Below are positions 36,956 through 44,873 of a stretch of 44,873 nt of DNA, one piece after another. The DNA comes from Phoronis australis. Lineage: Eukaryota; Animalia; Phoronida. Numbering within the stretch: the first letter of the stretch is position 1; each line of letters starts with the position of its first letter. The stretch is from positions 92,519 to 137,391 of the forward strand of contig NMRA01000808.1 in NCBI GenBank assembly GCA_002633005.1, written 5' to 3'. Both the position numbers and the translations under genes were made by a program. Below the pieces are notes generated by a model. That model was not told the DNA's origin and ran no database searches. It saw only the letters and a program-made list of their open reading frames with translations.

Positions 36956-38620
36956 TTTAATGCACCCACATATTTATGTGTGGTCGCAGATTGCCGTCAT
37001 CTCTGTCTCGGCGTTCGACGTACGCAGCTGTATCTCCTAAGCCCTCACAGGATCTTGATGAGATTTGGCAGATGTGTTGCTATTAGGTTGACGACGGATG
37101 ACGATGAGTTTGGGACCTCTCCGAGTACAGGTGTGCCCCCTAGTGGCAATTTTAATTTTTTACGCTTACCTATGTATCTGCGGAAGTCCTCAACGTATTT
37201 TCATAAAATTTGAATATATGCATCTATTAGTGAGATGACGCTATCCTTCCGTTTTCGAATGGATTTGAGGTATTTTCCGCCACCTAGTAGCCATTTTTAT
37301 GCGCCCACATATTTATATGTGGACGCATTATGCCATCATCTCTGTCCGTCCGTCCGTCCGTCCGTCCGTCCGGGCGGCGTCCGTCCGTCCGGCGTCCGTC
37401 CGTCCGGCGTCCGTCCGTCCGGGCGGCGTCCGTCCGGCGTCTGGCGTCCGGCGTCCGCTGCTCTATCTCCAAAACCCTTTGACATACGTTCATGAAATTT
37501 GGCACATATGTTCCATTCATGAATGGGACGGCATGTGCGANACGAGGCTATCAGATCAGGAGGGAAGTAAATGCAGAATTTAATGCACCCACATATTTAT
37601 GTGTGGTCGCAGATTGCCGTCATCTCTGTCTCGGTGTTCGACGTACGCAGCTGTATCTCCTAAGCCCTCACAGGATCTTGATGAGATTTGGCAGATGTGA
37701 TGCTATTAGGTTGACGACGGATGACGATGAGTTTGGGACCTCTCCGAGTACAGGTGTGCCCCCTAGTGGCAATTTAAATTTTTTACGCTTACCTATGTAT
37801 CTTCGGAAGTCCTCAACGTATTTTCATAAAATTTGAATATATGCATCTATTAGTGAGATGACGCTATCCTTCCGTTTTCGAATGGATTCAAGGTATTTTC
37901 TGCCACCTAGTAGCCATTTTTACTGTTTTCGAGTCTGTGTTTTGGCGTCCTATCAACCAAACCACTTTAAGGATGATTGTGAAAATTGGCATGTATGTTT
38001 TTACTATAAAGAGGATGGCTGACGATGATTTTACGACAACTTCGACTACTGTGGCGCCTCCTAGTGAAAGTTTTATTTTTTGCGCCCATGGGTGTGTCTC
38101 CCAAACCGTTAGCAGGATCTTTACTAAATTTAGCAAGTGTATTTATATGATGTTGACAACAGATGATGGCGACTTTGGCACGGATCGAACCACCGATGCG
38201 CCCCCTAGTGGCAATTATAGTTTTTTACGTTTACATCTGTATCTTCAAAGGTCCTCAACGTGTTTTCATAAAATTTGGAATGTAATCATCAATTGGTGAG
38301 ATGACGCTATCCTCCCATTTTCAGATGGATTTGAGGTATTTTTATGAAGCTAACAATAGACGACGAGTTTGAGGCAGCGCTGTGCCCCCTAGTTGAAATG
38401 TCATTTTTTATGTTTTCTTTTGTTTCTCTGAAGTTCCTTGACAGATTTTTATGAAATTTGTAGCTTTCTACTAAAGAAACGATGGCATGTTCCATTTTCA
38501 GATGGATTGGACATTTTGCACTATCTAGTGGCCATTTTTATGATACAAATGAACAACTCTAGAAACACACCATTTGCGATGCATTCGTGGGCACATTTCA
38601 ACACTCTGTGTTGCTCTTGT
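36956..38620 (+). mobile_element. DINE-1/HINE-like element cluster (heads at about 36956, 37294 and 37579)
   Basis: Same 5' palindromic head, long (GTCC)n at 37344-37455, 3' subTIR GTGGGCACAT, hairpin CAACAC-TCT-GTGTTG (38599-38613), end CTCTTGT. Confidence 0.7.
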
Positions 38621-39330
38621 TAGGGTTGTTAAGATACATTTTTATGATGTTCTATGAACTAGTGTTGCATGCAGTGCTGTTCATGTTTTGTTTAATGGAT
38701 AATGCCAAGATGTCTTGAAGACATCTGGAGAATGGCTGACTGGTCGCACTTGGCTATTCTCCAGATTTCTGGGCAGCTGTATTGTAAATCGTAAAAACAG
38801 TGCACTATAATCATGGGATGCAAATATTAAAGGCCTCTCTTTGTGAATTTTGAAGCTTGAATAATATAGTTTAACGATGTAGTTGCATGCTCTTAACTAT
38901 GCTAACTTATAGCAGGGACTAAACGACAATGCTGTTTGAACATCATCTACTCTAAACAAAGTGCAGTTGTGAAAACAAAAAATTCTGCAAATAGGTGACC
39001 TTTGCACTATATGGTGTACCTTGGGGGCTCACATAACCCACATCATGCAGCGTTATTTCCCAGCACCATGTCACGATACTTACTGGGCACGATTGAATGA
39101 TTTATGGTGGATCATTTTCGGCACAAAACTCATTCTCAAAAACATTTGGAAATTTTCAACCTACTTCACATTCAGACCGTCACAAAGTAATTTGAGCGAG
39201 CAGTCACAGAGATAAGGAATTAGCATGCAATCTCCACTTCAATAGCTTTATTTATGTATGGTGTTATAGCAGTGTGATCATAGTTTACTCAAGGATACAT
39301 TCATGTGAGTCAAGATTTTGCTCATCACAT

Positions 39331-39753
39331 TGTTGTCACTGCATATATAGATGATAGCTAAGATTAGTAGTTGTGCCTGTTGTCACTGCATATATAGATG
39401 ATAGCTAAGATTAGTAGTTATGCCTGTTGTCATTGCATTATATAGATGATAGCTAAGATTAGTAGTTGTGCCTGTTGTCACTGCATATATAGATGATAGC
39501 TAAGATTAGTAGTTGTGCCTGTTGCATATATAGATGATAGCTAAGATTAGTAGTTATGCCTGTTGTCACTGCATTATATAGATGATAGCTAAGATTAGTA
39601 GTTGTGCCTGTTGTCACTGCATTATATAGATGATAGCTGAGATTAGTAGTTGTGCCTGTTGTCACTGCATAACTTAGATGATAGCTAAGATTAGTAGTTG
39701 TGCCTGTTGTCACTGCATAATATAGATGATAGCTAAGATTAGTTGTTGTGCCT
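39331..39753. repeat. 47-48-bp minisatellite, about 9 copies
   Basis: TGTTGTCACTGCATATATAGATGATAGCTAAGATTAGTAGTTGTGCC. Confidence 0.92.
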
Positions 39754-39833
39754 GACTACATTATCAGAATTCTACCAGCTAGTGACATTTGTGCAATGAC
39801 TAATATATTGTTTATAATGGCTTTCTTATGCAG

Positions 39834-39905
39834 GTTCTCTCACTTATTAAACAACTGAAATTGAAGCCAAAGAGGACTGTGCGTCTTGTTATGTGGACAG
39901 GGGAG
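39834..39905 (+). CDS. CPQ: Carboxypeptidase Q exon 9
   Basis: tgcAG|..|GTgagt; VLSLIKQLKLKPKRTVRLVMWTGE. Confidence 0.94.
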
Positions 39906-40067
39906 GTGAGTCACAATACGCCTGCTGTTGTTTTTTTGTGTCAAAACTATTTTTTTAAGGAAATTAGTTTCTGGTATATTCTCAGAAGTTTCTTTTTTGA
40001 AGTGAGCTTTAATTTTTTTGAGAACTAGTTGCGTGGAGTCAAATGTCTGACTTAAATAAGTCACTTT

Positions 40068-40927
40068 TCATGAAACTGATCTTAGTTGCCCACGGCCACC
40101 AAACTTTATCATGAAACAGATCTTAGTTGCTCACGGCTACCAAACTTTACCATGAAACAGATCCTAGTAGCCCTAGGCTACCAAACTTTACCATGAAACA
40201 GATCTTAGTTGCCCACCATGACGGCAACATCCCATTGCTCCCAACTTGTTCAATTCTATAGCCCAACAACAACAAGTTGGGAAGTTTACCTCCGTAGCCA
40301 ATATCTTACACGACTGATTAACTCCATTCTGGCATTTATGGTTGGAAGGCCTGCACTCTTTTTTTCGATAATTGCTCTAATCTCCGATCAGATTGTATTT
40401 AGCCTGACTGGGCTGGGATGATAAAAATGAAAGTTAAGTTATAACATATTTAAGCTTAAACCAATAGCATTTCTGAATTCCTCATCAAATGCTGATCATG
40501 TTCCATTTTTGAATCACCAAAATCGCCCAACTACAACAGAAGTTAAGACAATCTATTCTGTCCAAATGGATTACCAACGCACTGGGTTTGACTGAGTTCA
40601 TACGCGTACGGTAATAGCGTGCTACCACCATACGTTTCCATTGAAGCCTGGGAGATAATTGGCCTGCTTGTTATCATATGGGACAAAAGACTGAGATGGG
40701 CAGTTAACAAAAGAGCCAGATGTTATCGCACGTTCAGCACCCCTCAGGTCTGGAAAAGTTACTGAATGACAGAACGCTGTAATGTGCGACTACCAAACTT
40801 TACCATGAAACAGATCCTAGTAACCCATGGCTACCAAATGTTACCATGAAATAGATCCTAGTAGCCCACGTCAACCAAACTTTACCATGAGGCAGATCCT
40901 AGGAGCCCAAGGCGACCAAACTTTACT
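40068..40927. repeat. Tandem array of about 41-42 bp split by a roughly 570-bp insertion (about 40216-40788)
   Basis: CATGAAACAGATC(T/C)TAGT.GCCCACGGCTACCAAACTTTAC units at 40068-40215 and 40789-40927. Confidence 0.8.
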
Positions 40928-41240
40928 CTACAGGGACCAAGTTAGTATATTACGTGAGAGTTAAAAATATATTCAGGCCAGGGCTATTTCCCATTTTTTA
41001 GAAACTACAAAATCATATTCTACTGACCGAAATCATTTAAAACCGTGAGAAGTTCTCAGTTATCTCAGTAGTACCCAACAAAGCATGACCACTAATAATT
41101 CCTGGGTAACATCGCCTGCACATTTGGGAAATCATTACAATTATATGACAAAACTGCTACATAGCAAGCTAGTACTTAATGAAGTTTTGAAACCTTCAAT
41201 ACGCTGTGGCTATATAATTAAAGAGCATTCAAAAATAGGT

Positions 41241-41413
41241 AGACAGTGATCTTGGAACACTTCAAATTTGTTGATTGGACTGCAGACAGTGATCTTGGAA
41301 CACTTCAAATTTGTTGATTGGACTGTAGACAGTGATCTTGGAACACTTCCAATTTGTTGATTGGACTGTAGACAGTGATCTTGGAACACTTCCAATTTGT
41401 TGATTGGACTGTA
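41241..41413. repeat. 43-bp tandem repeat, 4 copies
   Basis: AGACAGTGATCTTGGAACACTTC(A/C)AATTTGTTGATTGGACTG. Confidence 0.9.
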
Positions 41414-41931
41414 GAGTTCACAAAGATGTGCATGTAGCAATAACAATGAACCCTACACATAATGAAACTTCATTCTCAGATTTCATAAGCAAGAGGTCCA
41501 TTCACAACTATTGCAGATGATCCGATGATTAAATTACAATTGGGCCAACAGACACTTTGCACTGAGTAACAGGTCTAGTGGGTTTGAATTAATAATGAAG
41601 TTTTAAACAAACTTTGTGACATTTTTGTCATATACACAAACAAAAGGTTTTCTGAATTTTAAACTCTTGGCATCTTACTGTGGCCAGTGTAGTATGTTAG
41701 AAAAGTGTAGTATCCATGCTTAAAGCAGACACATAATACTTCTAATACATGTAATTAACAGGTAGTGAAACTTCACGTTCTTCTTAACATTCCGAGCTTA
41801 ATACAGGGACTCCATACTGTCATGAGAATTGTGGACTTAAAGCATATTAATTTACCTGCCATGTGCTGACCATTTTTACATTAGATTTATTATAGGCAAT
41901 GTTGCAATTTGGATCAATGGATTATTTACAG

Positions 41932-41976
41932 GAGGAAGGAGGCTACGGGGGTCAGGCGTACTTTAAGGCTCACAAG
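41932..41976 (+). CDS. CPQ: Carboxypeptidase Q exon 10 (completes the catalytic WTGE|E motif); later exons not present
   Basis: tttacAG|..|GTaaga; EEGGYGGQAYFKAHK resembles recalled CPQ EEQGGVGAFQYYQLHK. Confidence 0.88.
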
Positions 41977-42149
41977 GTAAGAAGTTTCCATGTGTTACTA
42001 CAAACACAATAAGTGTTTAATTCATGTCAAGTTAATGAATTGAGTGTAAACAATTTTTCAAAGTTGAAAACAGCTTATTATTTAAAATGAATTATTCTTA
42101 TTAAAATGACATAGGCATAAAATTGAATTTCGGACCTCAAAAGCGAGGC

Positions 42150-42251
42150 CTCCTATATTAATATAGGGGGCCTCGCCGAAAGGAGGTCGGAGAGGGGGGC
42201 TCCTATATTAATATAGGGGGCCCCGCCGAAAGGAGGTCGGAGAGCGGGGCC
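42150..42251. repeat. GC-rich tandem repeat of about 50 bp running into the assembly gap
   Basis: CCTATATTAATATAGGGGGCC.CGCCGAAAGGAGGTCGGAGAG occurs twice. Confidence 0.8.
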
Positions 42252-42279
42252 NNNNNNNNNNNNNNNNNNNNNNNNNNNN
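42252..42279. other. Assembly gap (28 N)
   Basis: Run of N. Confidence 0.99.
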
Positions 42280-43900
42280 CATTTGATGATAAAAAGTAAG
42301 ATATTTGGCATGCTACTGTAAAAGAAACTGGATTTTGTATCTTTTCTATATATCAAAAGCAAAAGAATGTAATTTGTTGGAGATTGGATGCTACAACAAA
42401 GTTACATTATCCCAATAAGCACAGTTGAAGAAAAATGGAGTAGTTAACTAAGGGCAACCTTCAATTTAACATAGGCAAAAGCTAGTGTGTGTTGTTCTAA
42501 ATATCTTTTTATGGTTTCCCATGCCAAATGATGTTTTGTGGATTTTGCAAGCTTTTGTTTAACTTCCGAGATCTATGCCATGGGTGTAATACAGCTGACT
42601 GGTAAATGATAAAACTTGCATGGAAATGCTTCTACATAATTCCTCACGTAGCTGTTCCCGTCCCTAAAACACTGAAAAGTTCAATTTGTCTCGAGATTCA
42701 GCAAAGTTGTGCATTGAACCACAACAAGAAATGAGGCCACCTGCATGCTGCACTGTATTTATAAAAATTACTATCGCGCATTGTTTGTTTGATCAACAGT
42801 GTCCTTAACAAAAAGCTTCATCAGAAATACTTTGTTGAATTGTGACAGAAATTGCAGGGAATTTGAGCAAAAGTAACATAACCGGAATGTTGATTGTCAA
42901 AAAGTCATGCATTAGAAAATCAACGATTTAATCAGCTTATGGAAACTAAGGTATAATGGCATACTACACACAATATTTCTTTATTAAGCACTCTCAGACT
43001 AGGTCATCACAAACTTTTGGAAGATATGCTTCACCCAAGTGTCACATTGCTTTCGTATTTCATGCTTCAATGTCACATTGGCCAAGGGGCAAGTTTTAGT
43101 CAAAAACTGATCTAGGTGCATTTCCCACCTCAATGCTTATCCTAGGCCATCAGCTGTAGCTAAGTTCAAACCAGTTAAAGCTCTTTTCATTGATGTACTT
43201 GTTGTGTAATCAGTACCCTACACAAAGATTTTCCTCTGCAGTGTAGGCTTGTTATCAGATCAGGTTATGAAATGTACAGCAACTTAGCACAGGGAAGCTG
43301 TGAGTGTGATTTGAGGGTTTCTGAAAGTATAGGGCCATGACACTGTTGGTAGAGAGAAAGTGAGGTGGTTTTGGACAACTGAATATATCTGTCCAGGAGT
43401 TTGAGTTGGGGGGGCAGGTCTCAGGAATCACTTCATGTGCGTGCCCAGCCTAAAATGTAGGGATATAGGGGGACTCGAATTTTTGTGTTTGTGGACTTTA
43501 TTACTAAAAAAATGGGATTAGTTCAAGGCCCCCATCCCCCCGAGCCCTCCTGGCTGCCCGCATATGCTTGAACGCAATTCGCACCTCGAACTGCCAAATG
43601 AAATGTGGGAGAATTTCAGGGGGGGGGCATATGCCGGAAAACAGTGGGCCCAGATTCAACAGATTGAACTAGAGGGTATTTATCCTCCTTGAATGTGTTG
43701 CACTGGCTGGGTTGAGGATCGAAGGATCCCTCCTAGCTGCTCTATTCATCCAGTCACATTTGAGGATAATTGGCTTCGCTCATGCGAATACGATATCAGC
43801 TGTTTACAATCTAGCCTAGATGGCCATACTTTTTATGGAGAGCACTTTGTGGAGTGTAATTTTGATGCATCATTTGAAAAGATGAGTGAAAAAAATAAAA

Positions 43901-44056
43901 GAAGGGATGAGTGTGTATTGTGTTCCACTACACTGTGAATGGATGAGTGTGTATTGTGTTCCACTACAATGTGAAGGGATGAGTGTGTATTGTGTTCCAC
44001 TACACTGTGAAGGGATGAGTGTGTATTGTGTTCCATTGCACTGTGAAGGGATGAGT
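43901..44056. repeat. 36-bp tandem repeat, about 4.3 copies
   Basis: GAAGGGATGAGTGTGTATTGTGTTCCACTACACTGT. Confidence 0.9.
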
Positions 44057-44388
44057 AACATCAAGAACAATTATTATAGTGAAATATTTTCTTTTTTGTT
44101 TTGTGAATTGTTTCGAGTTCATTTCTCAATGTGTGGAATAATTGAGGCACTCCTTGGATCATAATTTCTCCAAATCGCATGTGTTGTCTAGATAGAGGAT
44201 ATAATGATCTTGTCACGTAATAATCTATGCCTATTTGAAATATTGTATAGATGTGAAGAACCAGTGATCTTCTCTCACCTATTTTAGAACTTATCTATTT
44301 CCACTTATGGACACATGTCATTGATTGCCTTGTTTGGCCTCACCACTCTGTCTAGTACAGCACTAATTGTTATTGGTGGTCATTGCAG

Positions 44389-44535
44389 ATGTACCCCAAG
44401 CTGACCGGTGGTCTAAAACAGGCCCTACCCCCAGGCTCTTTCATTACCTGCGCTGGGGATGACACTATACGAATCTGGAACTTGGACAATCATATGAGCA
44501 CAGATACTCTGTATAGGAGAAACATTTATAGTAAT
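44389..44535 (+). CDS. MAPKBP1: Internal exon of a WD-repeat protein of the WDR62/MAPKBP1 family
   Basis: ttgcAG|..|GTgagt, 147 nt; MYPKLTGGLKQALPPGSFITCAGDDTIRIWNL..RRNIYSN resembles recalled MAPKBP1 LPPSSFITCSSDNTIRLWN..HRNILS; the invertebrate gene is probably co-orthologous to WDR62 and MAPKBP1. Confidence 0.85.
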
Positions 44536-44873
44536 GTGAGTAAGAGTATCAAGAGTGCTGAGTTGTTGGTTTGTTTCTCATTGTACATCTTGAAATGAGC
44601 AGAAGGCTCTTTTGTAAAGTATATTTTGTCTTAAGATTGTCTGTCTCACGAGGAACTGATATTAAGGTAAAATAGGAAAATTGGTGTATGTGTTTATGAT
44701 TATTCTTTGCACCAACTTGTCAATTGGTGTGTGTGTGTGATTAGTCTTTGCATCAGTTTTCTTTCTCTGGAAGACTAGAGCTTTACAAAATATGTCTTGT
44801 GTATTCAACAAAACTTGTGGAAGAGGTTGAACTGATACACAACTATACTAACATACGATAAGAAATGCAAAAT

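Overview
Eukaryotic (invertebrate, probably lophotrochozoan/mollusc-like; inference) genomic DNA with spliced genes, so the ORF track is mostly uninformative. Contents: (1) the last two coding exons of an LRRC73-like gene (+, 783-2727). (2) An old tandem segmental duplication (about 890-14870 versus 14881-21460) that begins in the middle of an LRRC73 exon. (3) In copy 1 only, a full-length but decayed Ingi-like non-LTR retrotransposon (-, about 9185-14306; APE, RT, RNase H, C-terminal zinc knuckle). Its exact 5' end folds into an HDV-like self-cleaving ribozyme, and it is interrupted by a second, opposite-strand RNase H retroelement fragment. (4) A candidate small secreted cationic peptide gene (-, 7522-7767). 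(5) Ten exons of carboxypeptidase Q (CPQ, +, 28411-41976), whose introns carry Helentron/DINE-1-like non-autonomous elements and minisatellites. (6) An assembly gap followed by one internal exon of a WDR62/MAPKBP1-family gene. All gene and family calls rest on recalled sequence similarity and manual splice-site and frame reading; no database search was run.
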